Of a stretch of DNA of 64,000 nt, positions 25,561-38,849 are shown one piece after another; position 1 is the first letter of the stretch, and every line of letters begins with the position of its first letter. The DNA is from Isurus oxyrinchus. Its lineage: Eukaryota. The position numbers and the translations under genes were made by a program. Under the pieces are notes generated by a model. That model searched no databases, had not been told where the DNA came from, and saw only the letters and a program-made list of their open reading frames with translations. The DNA lies in contig JANJGN010000105.1 in assembly GCA_026770705.1 (NCBI GenBank), positions 248,001 through 312,000 on the forward strand, read 5' to 3'.

Positions 25561-26242
25561 TATATTTCTTAATCAGGCTGTAGCGAGGCTTATGGCTAAC
25601 TTTACTCAGTACCAGCTGAAAATGCTGAAGTAGCATAATGTGGGAATGGAGGGGTTGCGGGCTTCCTTCAGTTGTCTCATAGACGAGGATGACAGGATAC
25701 CTTTTCTGATTGAACTCGCTGTTCTTCAATTGAAATCATGAATTTATGGCGCTTAATAACCCAGAAATCCACAAACATGTTGAATAAAATAAATTGATTT
25801 GTCCTACGATCAGCACATTCATATCGTGAAGGATTCCTCATTAGGAGAGATCCTAGATTTATCAATGAGAAAATGTTGCCGCCAGTGAGATCTGAGGATA
25901 CAATACTCACACCAAACTTCCAGGGAAGTTGCCAATATGGGGAATTGTCAGTGAATATGCGGCACACGCCTGTGCACAATAACGCACACGACTGACGAAA
26001 ACATGTAAATCCTGCACCTGCAGTTAAAGTCTAGGAGAGTTCGGAGACAATGAAAATGTCATCAATTCAGGCTAAATGTTTTGTGGCAAATCCTGGCAAA
26101 ATAACACTTCTTCTGACCCCAATTTGGGATTTTGTTTTTAAACGGATAAGAATTTATCTTTCCTGTTGAAACATTTCTCGACCAGGAACATAATGAGGGA
26201 AAAAAACCCAAATGTTAAAATGAAAGGTGAATATATTTATGT

Positions 26243-27680
26243 TCACTCTGCAGTGACGGGGGAATCCCCGACCCCCCGCATTATTGTGTCCAGCCTCCTG
26301 CTGAGCCACCATCTTGCATTTCTGCAGCAGCTGTTTATTATTGATCCATCATAAAGAGCGAGTCAATGTGTGATCGTTGCGATTTCTCATTTAAATTCTC
26401 AACCTGGTGACAAGAATCATTCATTGGCATCGATCGACCTCAAAACTTCTAGGTTGAACTAGATAGGCCACTATATGCCTTACAGAGCGGTAGAGTAAGG
26501 TCTTTCTTCATTCTCTCAAACGTAACATCCCTGACAAAACTGGCATCGCCATCCCTTGATAATGGTAAAGTGTGGACCACAATTCTGCAGGCCAGACTGG
26601 GCAAGGACTGCAGATTTCCATTCTAAAGTAAATTTGTGGGCTTGATATTCCTTTTCGAAAATCTATGATAGTCTAATGTGGGTCAGCATTATTCAAATTA
26701 GGTTTATATCCCAGAATTTCTCAACCGATTTTAAATTCGATCAGTGCCATAGTTGGATTTGAACCCGTGTCCCCTGCGCATTAGCCTCTCTGGATTACTA
26801 ATCTACTGACATGACCAGAGAAAGAGGCCAGTAAATTGGTATAGGTCCCGTTCCCTCTGATCCATTTCTTGTGAGTATATTCTTGGGAAAGACGAGGTGA
26901 CACCATGATGTGAACTGTGAGTGTCACCTAAATAGACGTAATGGAAGAAGGATTCCACAAGCACTCACCCACTTTTCATCTTCTGAAATGCTGCCAATTT
27001 CCACTGTCATTGCTCTCCAAGGGACCAGAAATGACCCACATGAGCTGTAGCTTTCCAGGATTCATATCTTCAATGGGAAGAGAAAAAGCGCAGATTACTT
27101 TATCTTGCTTCCCAGAGGAATGCAAGGGCTATAAATTCATAAGTCGTGGAGAGAGCGGAGGGGCGGGGCCGTGTGAGGATGATCCATGTTCATTTCACTA
27201 TATACAATTTCAGAGACTTTATTCACACAACTCTGTTTTCAAGTGCCTCAAACAGTTCATCATAATGTGCAGGGACCGGGCAATCACACACTGTAGTGTA
27301 AGCTGCTGATTTGTGGGGGCAGTATGGAAAAGAGAATTCTTACCCAGCTTGTCACACAGAGGGCATGCTCGTACCTTGGCCCAGCTGTTCAATTAGGCCA
27401 GCGGTCTCTCGTTACCTAAACACAGGATACCATTCTCCACACTTAGCACTTCCATTTCAGTCTGTCACACTCGCTGTTTGACCATTGGAATGTATGGATC
27501 TGGGTAAAGTGGTGTTCGAGCGGGGATGCTCGACTGTGCATGTCCATTACACACCAACGTGAGTTTAGCTGTTACCAAGTGAAGCACAGGAGAATATGGC
27601 TGTGAATGCAGCTGGTGAGGGGCTCTGTGTCTCATTGGCCTGATCTGGCTGTTTTCATTCTGACTGGAGTCCAATTTCTA
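26243..27680 (-). pseudogene. Coiled-coil/CxxC/BEN-like gene relic, copy 1 (3' exons only)
   Basis: Exon ..QTEMEVLSVENGILCLGNERPLA*LNSWAKVRACPLCDKL+G|GTAAG (27344); acceptor TATAG|27128; LVFPKNILTRNGSEGTG; last exon CCAG|26403 with GSIINSCCRNARWWLSRRL..* (26243). Confidence 0.5.
26500..26820 (-). mobile_element. tRNA-derived SINE (paralogous copy at ~39005-39310)
   Basis: ggatttgaacccgtgtcccc..gcattagcc..tggattacta = reverse complement of a B-box-bearing SINE head, with a CR1-like tail. Confidence 0.65.
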
Positions 27681-28623
27681 GCCCAGGATGCAACATGCAG
27701 GCTGGCTCAGCACAGGCTCAAGTGTTGCATTACTAGCGGTCTCAACATGTGGAGGAGGTTTCAAACTGCAGTAGCCCTGTGCCCCATCTCCCTAAAGATC
27801 ACATTCCAAAAAAAAAGCGGAGAATTCTCATAATATTGCTGCCCTTACATTCTGAAAGCTCAGATTAAAGGGTCATTCATTACCCAGAAGATCCGTAAAT
27901 AAATCAGGATAGTAGTTTTCAGCCATTTCCTCCCCCACCTCACTTCATTTTGTTTACAGAACAAGACAGCAAAGAGAGAGAGAGGGCGGAGTGAGAGACA
28001 GGCCGCAGTGAGACACGGTCGGTCAGACAAAGTATCTGTTCCAGAAAACATTGTAACGTCAAGTTTTACCGAGAAGATTCATTTCGAGAATTAAAAGATG
28101 CAGTCTCATCTCTTACTGATATTTTACCAGAGAAAAAGTTTATATTAATCTCACACTCAAGGGCAGTGCCTGCGAGTGTTCCAACGTATCATATTTAACC
28201 CACTGTTCCTTTTTGTAATGTTTGCAGCTTAAGGGCTCAGGGTCACTGGGTATTGCTCCCTGTAACCAAGTGTCTCACTTCGATTAAATGAATCTAGGAG
28301 TCCCCCTGTCAAATATTAACTATTGCATGGTCCCAAAAAAGTCATTTACTCCTTCGCTCCTCCCATATTTCTGCAGGTTTGCTTTATTAAGATGGACTCG
28401 GGAACAGCAAATCCCTGCAGGGAATAATCCCAAATTAGGGTCTTTAAAGACACAAGGCCCGACTTTTCAATGAACTCTGACCTTTCCCCTATCTGCAGTA
28501 TTTTTTTGCTCAAAAACTGATCAAAGTGAATTGCAACAAAAATATAGATTTTAGTTGCTGATTTATTGCAGAAATGCATGCATGAGGTATTTGGACCCAC
28601 CCCGAACGCAGCTTGTTCGTGAG

Positions 28624-29245
28624 TCAGAGGCTGACAGAGACAGAATCAATCCCACACTCACATATAGTCCCATTGGCTGATATTTACAGAATCAATCCAA
28701 CACTGACAGATAGTACCAGAGACTGATATTTACAGAATCAATCTGACACTCACAAATAGTGCCAGAGACTGATATTCAGCGAATCAACCTCACAATCACA
28801 GATAGTGCCAGAGACTGATATGCACCGAATCAAACCCACAATCACAGATAATGCCAGAGATATTTATCGAATCAATCCCACAATCAAAGGAAGAACCAGA
28901 GACTGATATTTACAGAATCAATCTCACACTCACAAATAGTGCCAGAGGCTGATATTCACCGAATCAAATCCACACTTACAGAGAGTACCAGAGACTGTTA
29001 TTTATAGAATCAATCCCACAATCACAGATAGTACCAGAGACGATATTTACAGAATTAATCTCACACTCACAAATAATGCCAGAGCCTGATACTCACCGAA
29101 TCAACACCACAAATAATGATAGTGCCAAGGACTGATATTTACCGAATCAATTCCACAACCACAGATAGTAACCGAGACTGTTATTTATAGAATCAATTCC
29201 ACAATCACAGTTCGTACGAGGAACTGTCATTTTTAGAATCAATCC
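28624..29245. repeat. 46-bp minisatellite, about 13 units
   Basis: Unit cagagactgatatttacagaatcaatcccacactcacagatagtac; agaatcaat recurs at 28642, 28688, 28734 and onward. Confidence 0.95.
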
Positions 29246-30348
29246 ATATTTACATGAATGGGAAAACATTGCAGGGTTGTGGCAAGTGGCAATGGAAGAA
29301 TTGTCTCTTCAGAGGGCTAGCACAGATTGGACAGCCAGAATACTCTCTTTCTCTGTTGTACCAATCCCATTATTTTGATGGAAAATACTGGAAGAGCTGA
29401 ATAGCTCTGGCAATTTGGGAGTTTCGAAAGCGGGTCTGTTCGTTAAACCATCTATCAACCGGATATGTAAATCCCCACTTCCTGTCTCCACAGCTGCTGC
29501 TGACCCTGCTGAGTGTTTCCAGCACCTTTTGTTATTATTTCGGATTCCCAGGGTGAGCAATATCTCACTTTTTGAACAATAAAACACGTCTTGCGCAGGC
29601 ATCCATATTCAAATAAGAAATTGTTGGCAGCAGAAAGAAAATATTCAGATCATTGGTGAAATTTACTAAATCCGAATAATTCTATCTAGTTTTCTGGGGG
29701 GTGGTGGCACTGATGAGTTGGAGTGTTGGATGTGGTGCTCAGCTCAAATATGTCGATTAATCTCTGATTTGGATAAAGTCTTACCCAGAGTAGCATTCAC
29801 AGCGCAAGTACCAAGGCCAGTTCCCTGCATCTGACCCCCAAGTCTCTGACACTGAGCTCAGGGTAGGAGACATTGACAGCGAGTCCAGGATAACGTAAAT
29901 CAGCCAATCAGAAATTGGAACTTATGGGGAAATTTCAGCGCGCTCGCACGTGCCAGGGCGTCCGCAGTCTTTGGTATGCACAACAGCAACTTAAATTCAC
30001 TGCTGAGTACGCTGGAAGTCTTGGCGACTTAGCTGTTATTGAACTAGCGCTTCTCATTGCAGTAATTGCCATGCAAGGGACATAAGGCCAACGCACCGCT
30101 GTTGGAACATGTTAATGACTGTTTCCTATGAACCCAGAGTGGCAAATGTTCCGCCATAGCAAGAAACAATTATAAACCCTGTGGAAAGCCAGCAGGCATA
30201 AAACGCACGATGCAAAGCGGGACAATGTTTTTTGATACATTTAAAAATAAACACGTTGTCTTTGCAGCAGAAAGGCCAACATTCCAAACTGGAACATTGG
30301 CTACAATTGAACTATAGTCAGAACTGGAATAGTTGGTTTCATTTTGCA

Positions 30349-30985
30349 TTATTTTATCATGATGAGGATTATAGTCCAAGGACTTTTCAGTATCTTCTTC
30401 AGCTCTTCCCTGAATTTTGTTTGCGCAGCTGCATAAATAATCGTATTTCTGCAGGAACTCAAATACATGAGCATTTGTCCAGTTTGAGTGGCGATGTATG
30501 CAGGAGCTGGATAATCAGGTCGTACATGAATGGCCATACCACTGACTAACGACCAAACGACTGCTGCCAGCCACAATAATATCAACGTGCCCGATACAGT
30601 CAACAGTAAAATAATCGATTCCTGGATCACTCTTTTTCTTGCTGCTGTGACCCCGCAGCTCCTTACGGGCTCGACTGGCAAGTAAAATCCGTCTGATTGT
30701 CAAGCAACTGAACCATAATATCAAAGTGAAAGGAATCCATGTCACTAAAATAATTTGTTGCCAAATTAATATTACACCAAAAGGAAATGTATAAAAATCC
30801 AGACTGGACCGGAAACCCCATTGAATATTGTCAATTGTTCGCTCAGGTTCAAATGCAAACCAATTTGGTATGTTTTGTAAAAGCGAGAGGACACAGACTG
30901 ATGTTCGAACTGTAGCTGCAGTTCTCACTGTGCAATACCTTGTCTTAAACTTGTGGCTACATATACACACAACTCTGTCATTCAT
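30349..30985 (-). pseudogene. GPR139-like GPCR pseudogene fragment (end of TM3 to C-terminus), 5'-truncated and frameshifted
   Basis: DRVVCICSHKFKTRYCTVRTAA...NIP...PFTLILWFSCLTIRRILLASRARKELRGHS..SDP, a frameshifting deletion at ~30620, then SIILLLTVSG..ILLW...LMYLSSCRNTIIYAAAQTKFREELK*. Confidence 0.9.
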
Positions 30986-31795
30986 CAGAGGGCAAACGCA
31001 AGGCAAAATAAGAGTGAGCTCCCCCCGCAATGTTGCCTTGTCGCCTGTGCAGTGGCGCTGCTGTATGACTGTTACTCAGATAAATACATCAATCACAACG
31101 GCAGTTAGCCTGTTATATGCCGCTTTCCCAACTTGCTCTAAACGCCGAATGCAATTGATTGAGGGCCGGGCGGAAATATATTTCAGTTCCCTGCCCTTGC
31201 AACTCCCCCGAATTATTGTACCGAATTTAAATTTTAGCAGGCACTGGGTAATTCCTCGTTGAAGCCCGCATCGTGAGTTTGCGCGACCTTCCTTCTAATT
31301 CGCCATGAAAAGCCATACGCTTCAATGCAACATCCTTGAGATACAGCACCATTTAGACATTGTTTTTACTTCAATGTTTGCAGTGCTTATACTCAGAATT
31401 TATCATCCTTCTGAAGGCAACTGTGAATGAGTAACTTGCACTGATCATGCGCAACATCCCCACATCCGAAATAAATGGAAAGAAGAGATTGCCTGAGATG
31501 TCAGTCTTCTGATGACGAGAACTTGTGCAGCTTGAGGTTTGCTTTCGACAGGATATTTTCAACGTTGAGAAGAAGGAGAACGTATCTGTTGCTGAACAGC
31601 ATTTTGAAGATCGTATCATTCAGCAGCTCTGGGACAAACATATCCTTAGGTCTCTCTGGAAACCTGAAGCTTTGACTCTGCAAATACGAGAATTCCAGCC
31701 TCTGCGATCAGTCATCAAGGAAGACTGCTGAATTCTCCACTCACTGCCAGTTGAATTTGAAAACCATATGATCATACCAATCAGTTGACCCCTCT

Positions 31796-31869
31796 GGGCT
31801 GTTAGCTCAGATGGTTAGAGCGTCGTGCTAATAGTACCAAGGTCGTGGGTTCGATCCCCGTACTGACCA
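31796..31869 (+). tRNA. tRNA-Ile(AAT), intact A/B boxes, stem mismatches (likely pseudogene)
   Basis: GGGCTGTTAGCTCAGATGGTTAGAGCGTCGTGCTAATAGTACCAAGGTCGTGGGTTCGATCCCCGTACTGACCA; 2 acceptor-stem and 1 anticodon-stem mismatches. Confidence 0.85.
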
Positions 31870-32964
31870 ATACAGCACTACCTGTTCTTGAACAACAGTC
31901 ACCCACGCTGCGTCCGATTATAATTCAAAAGTTATCACATCGGACGAACACTTCTACTACGACGTCGTTAATTTATAGCGTTGCCGGTTGTTTTTGGTTT
32001 TCTTTCCCACTTCTTGAGTCTGGAAAATTCCTCCATCTTTTTCTGACAAATTCGTTATTCTTTTAGTATTTCTGTGCCACAGGTCTGTTGCTAACATGAC
32101 AACAAACCTTTGCTACTGTACAGCAGCCCATTGTGTCTGCTCTAGCTCTCCATAAGAGACATCCGCTGCCTTCTCCCCCTAGCCCTTTACATTGTTCTTT
32201 TTGAGATAATAGGCTCCCTCAATTTTTAATGTTTCAATTGAACCTGCCTCCACCAATCTCAGGGAGTGCATCCCAGGCCGTAACCACTTTCAACGAGAAA
32301 AAAGTATTTTCCGTCATGTCATTTTAGATTATTTTACCAATTAGTTTCAACCTGTGCCCTTTCTATTTAGATCCTTTCGCAGATGGGAACACGTCCTCCT
32401 TATGCACACGGCCCAAACCCCTCATGATTTTCAATACCTCTATCATATCAGCTGCCAACCATCTCTTCTCCAATGAAAACAGGGCTAAATTATCCAATCT
32501 ATCTTCATAACTGAAGTTGCTCATCCCAGAAACCATTCTTGTGATTCTTCTCCGCATTCTTTCCAACATCCTTAACATCTTCACATCCTTCCTCAAGTGC
32601 AGCGCCCGGAAAAAGAGGGGATACACCAACAGAGGCTGAAATAGTGCCTCATATAAATCTCATTTGCCCTATTTCCATTACAACGCTCTTTGAGCCATGA
32701 CAAATGTTGTCTGCTGCCGTCACAGGCAATCGCTTTCGACGCAACCCCACAACCAATGGAACAGGTCTAAGCTCTGAAGTTTTTCCACATCGAGTCATGA
32801 ATGGTGATGGGTAATTAAACAACTAACTGGAAGGGGAAGCTGCGCGAATAAATGAAGGCCCGTTCACACAGCATCCTAAATGCTTGCTTAACCAAGCCTT
32901 GCTTGGTTTGAGTGCATCAACAGTCGGTGTTGCACTTGGAACCGTTAAGCTTTGTCGACCAGGG

Positions 32965-33391
32965 ACGAACATTTCACGCTTATGTCCATCCTTAAGTACC
33001 TCTTTTATGCTATTTATTGTGGGCATGTCTAGCAGGTCTTTCTGGGATGTTTTTATGTGATTAACAACTGAACAATTTTGCCGGCTATTTCTGCACTTGA
33101 AAAGTCATTGGATGGACGCCTTTCTCTGCATCAGCTGATGAAGTTGTCCATGGATTCTCAAAGTTGGTCAAAATTGTCCATATGTTTGCGGATCCTTTAG
33201 TTCTTTTGCTGTTAATCCTGACATGTTCAGCCTGTGTAGACCTTCATTCACAATTGCTAGGCGAATTTTAATGGCTTGCTTGTCTGGCTCAGCGGCACGT
33301 GAATCAAGAAACCGTAGCTCTGTTTAAACTTATTGAATTGGGGTTCTAGGTCATCTGCATCCTAATTCAATCTGGGGAATTTTGTAGACAT
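32965..33391 (-). mobile_element. Gypsy-type gag relic (duplicate of 20710-21194)
   Basis: MSTKFPRLN*DADDLEPQFNKFKQ...SIKEVLKDGHKREM. Confidence 0.7.
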
Positions 33392-34012
33392 TTTGACAAA
33401 GTCCCTTTGACCTTCCTTCTTCTGTAGTACGTGGAGTGACTGTCACTGTGGCTGCTTTTGCTGTCTTTTCCAAAGCTGTGCCAATATAATTGCAGCCTTC
33501 TCTGGCCTGATTTTTATGCGGTTTGCTTTATTGTTTTCTCTTTCTTTGACTCTCCCTCGCTCTATGTCAATCCGGTCCACACCCTGGTCAGTCCCCTTTC
33601 TTGACTGACCTAATCTGGTGCTGGTGCTGGTTCTTTTGACACCCTCTTCCGCTCACTGAACTGAAAGGCCATGCATTGGAATAAGGCAATGAGAGATATG
33701 CCTGCTTCCCTGCGCTTCATTTGCACACTATCCGACTCTGCCTTACAGCCTTGTCTGTACAGTCAGCACGCTGCTTTCTCAACGCTCTCCGATCTGCGAC
33801 TCTCTTTACGTCTGATCAAAACGTCAAGAATCACCTCATGCCATGTAACACAACCTACACTGTTCACCAATCGTATATGTAGTTGATCTTATTACCAGGC
33901 TGTCTAACCATCGCTGACCACCATTTTGTGCTATTATAATAATTGATAATCGCCATTAAGATGTTGGGTAAATGCTTTGAGACATTTTGCCCCATGCAAT
34001 TGTAAGTTATCA

Positions 34013-34084
34013 GCGATGGTGGTACGATGGTGAGCAGAGCTGCTTTCCACGCAATTGATCTGGTTTCTTTTCTCAGCAATCGCT
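34013..34084 (+). pseudogene. tRNA-Gly(TCC) pseudogene
   Basis: GCGATGGTGGTACGATGGTGAGCAGAGCTGCTTTCCACGCAATTGATCTGGTTTCTTTTCTCAGCAATCGCT. Confidence 0.75.
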
Positions 34085-35179
34085 GTTTGTGCATTTTAGA
34101 TTTCTGAGTTCAAGAGCCCCAGGCAGGATTTGATCCTGAAGAGATGTAATTTTGCTCTGAAAATGCACGCGGCTGTAATTCAAGCAGTGATTTCTCATCT
34201 CCATTTATATAAGGGAGGAACGACGTCATGGAGGGATTTGAAAGTGAGGATCAGAATTTTATTATTTTAGGCATTGCGATGTCAGGAGCTAGTTTCCTAG
34301 GTCAGCAAACACGGTGGTGATTTGTGCGGATTCATATATTAGGATTAGGGACATATAAATATTTGTCCAGATGTAGAAAGCTCGAAGGCATCATAGCTGT
34401 GCCTTGTTCTGCTCACAGGCAGCAGTGAAACTAAGTCAGGATTGCACAGACCATTTCCCTTCGAGTTACTTGTGTTGCTTTCCCTTAAAGGCAGATTACA
34501 AAACCCATACACATTTTACCCTAGAATAAGCAGTATTTCAGTCTAACTTATCAGGATATGATCTATTTTACTTCAGATAAAACATAAATACGCAAGGAAT
34601 TGAAGACAGCATTGAAAGTTTCAAAGGAAACATTGAGATAGGAAAGAGATGAAATATTGACATAATTAATCTCAAAAAACGGAAAAATGCGGGAGAAACT
34701 CAGCTGCTCTGACAGTTTCGGTTAGAGGGTCAATTATTTAAACCTTCTATAGAACTGAAATATTGATCTACCCTTCCTCTGTCGGAGCTGATTGCAGCAC
34801 CTTCTGTCCTTATTTCAGATTCCCAGCGTGAGCAGCCTGTTGCCTTTTGAATAATCGAACAATCTCTGTGCGGGAATCAATATTCAAATAAAGAAATTGG
34901 AAGCATCAGCGGGAAACGATTCAGAGAATTAATGAATTTTACTGAATCCGAGTAAACCTATCCCAGCTCCACACTAAATTTCAGGGAAAACCTGCATTAT
35001 CAGCAATGAGGAACAAGCCTGAGTTACATTATCAATGGAAGATAAGTGGAGGTTGTAAATCATTTTATTTCAATTACACCTGCGTGTTCTTTCCATGCAA
35101 GATATCTGACCGAAACAGATCAAGTACAGCTCCGATTGTGGGGTTTCTGATTTGAGAAGCATAAAAAAAATCAACAAAC

Positions 35180-35251
35180 TGCGATGTGGGGAAATTGAAC
35201 CAGAGTTAGTTGCTTGGAAAGAAAGGTCACTTACCACTATCCTGCCATCGC
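35180..35251 (-). pseudogene. tRNA-Gly(TCC) pseudogene
   Basis: Reverse complement GCGATGGCAGGATAGTGGTAAGTGACCTTTCTTTCCAAGCAACTAACTCTGGTTCAATTTCCCCACATCGCA. Confidence 0.65.
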
Positions 35252-37854
35252 TGAATTCGGTAAAATCACACCAGCAAACTGTCCCAAGGACTTAAGAAAA
35301 AAGTTATCATTAACAATAAAGCTGACGCTCAGCCATGCAAGGAGAAATTGGGTCAGGTGACAAAAGCTTTCACAAAGAGGTAGATTTTAAAGAGCTTCCT
35401 ATGAATTAGAGAAGTGGAGGGGTTTAGAGAGGGAGTCCAGAATTTTATACCAGGTCAGCTGAGTGCACGGTTGTCAATGCTGTAGTGATTAAAACCCGGA
35501 ATGTACAAGCTGGCAGAAAAGCAGAAATCTGCACGTTGTCTTGGGCTGGAGGAGGTTACAGAGAAAATGAGGGGGAAGTCATGGGGAGATTTAAAAGGAA
35601 GGATGAGGGTTTTAAAATTGAGGCAATTCCAGGCCAGGAGCCAGTGTCGGTCAACAATGACTGTGCTGATTGGTGAACTGGACTTGGTTCAGGTGAAGTA
35701 CCAGGAAGCAGAATTTTCGATGAGCACAGTTATCTGTGGGGTGGAACATGTGATGCTGGCTAGGGGGACACTGGAAGAGTCAAGTCTAGAGTGAACAAAG
35801 ATCTGGAAGAGGGTTTCAGCAGCTGGTTAGCTGAGGCACGGTCAGATTTGACCGATGTTTAGGCTGTGCAAGTACAATGTGTTCAACTGATAACGTTCTC
35901 TCAGTCTGTCTAATGTCAATCAGTTTTATCAGGGATAATGGGGGTAAAATGGATCCAGCTTCAGGCATTATTTTTCAATATTAAGGATGTAACTGTATCT
36001 ATCTCTGGATAATGTTGTCAGTGCGGGAGTTTTCACATTTCACTGTGATCAGAAGCTGAACAAAGTATCCCAGACTGAGAGAAAAGACTGAGACACTTTA
36101 AAGCTGACAATTGCCCTTCAAGTGGCCCAGTTGGGATCATTTCCTGCAGGATTTTTGCTGTCCATGAACCATTAACATCAATAATTCCTGGCACTGGGTT
36201 CACTGTGAGGGATGAAGAGTCAGTGAGCAGAGTGGAGTGTCACAGTAGTTCCGTTCGTGACTCTCCCCATCCCGGAAGTTTAGTGAGGATCGGTCTCTCT
36301 GGGAATGTCCCAAATTCCGCCTGATTACCATCCTTCAACCCTGAGACAACTGACAGCTGTCAGTTACTCCAGTATCGGGATCCCGGGGAGTTCATTGTGG
36401 TTCCCTGTTTAAACAACGCAATAACAAACAAGGTTCATAGAAAATATCATAACTCAGATTCAGAAGTAGATGAGGACATGGGGGCAATGTGCGCAGTCGA
36501 CCTTCTGTTTCAAGTTCCTTAACGATATGGAAAACTCAATGATATTTGTTGCATTGTTGCTGTTTGGTCGTGTGGCCTACTAAATAATGCTTTCTACTTC
36601 CATATGTCGTGCAAGGTTATCAGAAGTTTTTTTATGGAATCATGCAATTTGTCTTATGATCGCTTCACGCAGATAAATTGCTGTGTACAGATTGTCTAGC
36701 ACACCTTGTGTGTAGAATTTTTTTCTAATTCCCGTGGTAAACACTCTGGGTTTAGTTCTTTGACGGTGGCACTGGTTCCTAGATTCCCAGTCAGCGGAAA
36801 TAGTTTTGGGCTGATCTTACCTGTTCAAAGTTACAATAAATGTAACTAATCCCTCCTTCTATCATCAGGAATGACCTCGGGAAAGGGAAAATCAGTTGGT
36901 TAAGTGCTGGGACTGAGTTGTGGCTTGGTGTCAGGGAGTGAAGAGGATGAGGAAGGAGCTTAAGAGACAAAGAGAGTTACAGAGGAAGAAAGCTGAAAGA
37001 TTGGCGAGGAGGAAGAGAGAAGAATATGAATGGCGTTCATCATTTTTCAAATTTTATTCCATGAAACATCAAAAGAGAAAATAACCTCTGTGCCAAGGAG
37101 CTGCTGATGGTGCAGAGACCAGAAAATATAACTGGAATTAAGAGAATAATCGTGTTCACTGAGGGAGAGGCAATGGGATTAGAAAATAAAAGTTACGAGG
37201 GGGCCGGAAATGAAAGGCAGGATCCAGAAAGCTGCTGTCTGAACGCAAAGTAAATAAAGGGAACAAATACACTTAACAAATAAACAAAATGGTGGCAGAG
37301 GTTGTAATGTAAGTTATTCTGTCATGTTACAGTCACTGTTTACAAGATGCGCATTTACTCTCAAATTATTAATGAATTCTGCCGAATTAGTCATTACTAA
37401 ATCGAGTGCAGCCGGTTCATCTAGTTTTTAATATATGGTATTTTAGCAAGATTTCCTGGTTTGAAGCTACCAATTCACTGATTTCACTGAAATTTCGATT
37501 CAGCCCAGTTTAAATGAAAAGCCAGCATGGGTGCCGGGACACATACGGGACGTGGGCTGACTATTGATGTGAAGGGTCGTTCCTCTCAAGGAACAGTATT
37601 ATTCCAGGACTCTGAAATCAACCACAGTTCCTGAATCTCTCCCGTCACTGGCTCCCAATCCTGTCGATGGTGCTATCTCATGAACTCCAAGAAGGTAACG
37701 CATTCGCTCATTAAAATCACAAGCATGACTCTTTTACTGAAACATTTGGTCTCAGGCAGAGAGCTTAGTTCACCACCAACACCTCCTGGGAATTACATGC
37801 AATGCATTCACTTGCTTAATAAATGCCTGGTTACTGGTTGATATATGCACACAC

Positions 37855-38080
37855 CCTTGTCAGCCTCAATGGCCTTCAAGAGTAAAGGCTTCCTCTCATC
37901 TGGTTTAGAAGATGCGCCCCTGCAGTTTGCGTTCAGAAGGACATCACTAGTGAAGACTGCATGCACCAGGCGGTTTATAACCAGGATTCTCTTTTCTAAA
38001 TATTTCAGAGTCTGCAATTTTTCAGGTGCTATAAAAAATATTTGACGATGATGCAGTTCCACCTTCTCTTGCCCGCAGTT
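37855..38080 (-). CDS. Open internal exon encoding the N-terminal two-thirds of a BEN-like domain (functional status unknown)
   Basis: TTTCAG|NCGQEKVELHHRQIFFIAPEKLQTLKYLEKRILVINRLVHAVFTSDVLLNANCRGASSKPDERKPLLLKAIEADK+G|GTGTGT; 226 nt, no stop; resembles the BEN pattern 'L..+F+.+.L.....G....KP.L...+.AIK'. Confidence 0.55.
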
Positions 38081-38169
38081 CTGAAAGCTAGGGAATTAAT
38101 TTGAGACCCTGATAGTCCGATGGCTGCAAGTGGGTGTTGCTGCTACACCACGATGGGATGTGAAAACGT

Positions 38170-38600
38170 TTGAGGACTCTGGGTCTATACTCAATGGAGT
38201 TTAGAAGAATAAGGGGTGGATTTGATTGGAACTTACAGGATACTCACAAACCTGGATAGGGTGGACGTGGGGAAGATGTTTGCATTAGCGGGAGAGACTA
38301 GGAACCGATGGCACATCCTCAGAGTAAAGGGAAGACCTTTTTGAACAGAGTTGAGGGGAAACTTCGTTAGCCAGAGAGTGCTGAATCCATTGCCACAGAA
38401 GGCTATGGAGGCCAGGTCGTTGAATGTATTTAAGACTGAGATAGATAGGTTCTTGATTGGTAAGGTGATCAAAGGTTACTTGGAGAAGGGGGGGAAATGA
38501 GGTTGAGAAACTTATCAGCGATGATTGAATGGTGGAGCAGGCTCGATGAGCCGAATGGCCTAATTTCTGCTCGTATGTCTTATGGTCGTATGGTCTTATG
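38170..38600 (+). mobile_element. Relatively young CR1 LINE 3' end
   Basis: LRTLGLYSMEFRRIRG.LI.TYRIL..LDRVDVGKMF; 3' tail ctcgtatgtcttatggtcgtatggtcttatg. Confidence 0.9.
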
Positions 38601-38849
38601 AAAATAGACAATATGCTTTCATTTCATTTTCAATTGTAATTGTGTCATGCCTCCTTTCCCACTCCCATTCTTTAATCCTGCCTCCAGGCGGTATTCTTTA
38701 TGAAAAAATGGATTCTCAAGGAACTATGTAATTTCGGCATGCATTGGTGGTTGATTGGCAGTTGCCCCCTGAGGTCTGCCATAATTCTGGTAAGAACTGC
38801 TGGTCTTTATGCAAAAGATTTAAAAAATTGTTTCAATGATGGACATCGT

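Larger units (their letters stand above)
32140..37680 (+). repeat. ~5.5-kb segmental duplication, copy 2
   Basis: Colinear with 19890-25450; the terminal tRNA-Asp is absent here. Confidence 0.92.

Noticed and set aside
27222-27343. Read-through C-terminus KNSLFHTAP..QCVIARSLHIMMNCLRHLKTELCE* with overlapping AATAAA
   Set aside because: An alternative to splicing at 27344. Disfavoured because a consensus donor and a phase-matched downstream acceptor exist and the frame is broken in copies 2 and 3; not fully excluded as an alternative terminal exon.
28624-29245. Regularly spaced repeats resembling a CRISPR array
   Set aside because: Units are contiguous tandem copies without unique spacers; eukaryotic context and no cas genes.
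29700-30170. CTGATGAG, a CCAAT box and a CpG-richer patch suggesting a hammerhead or promoter
   Set aside because: No stem II-GAAA follows CTGATGAG, and no associated exon was recognised.
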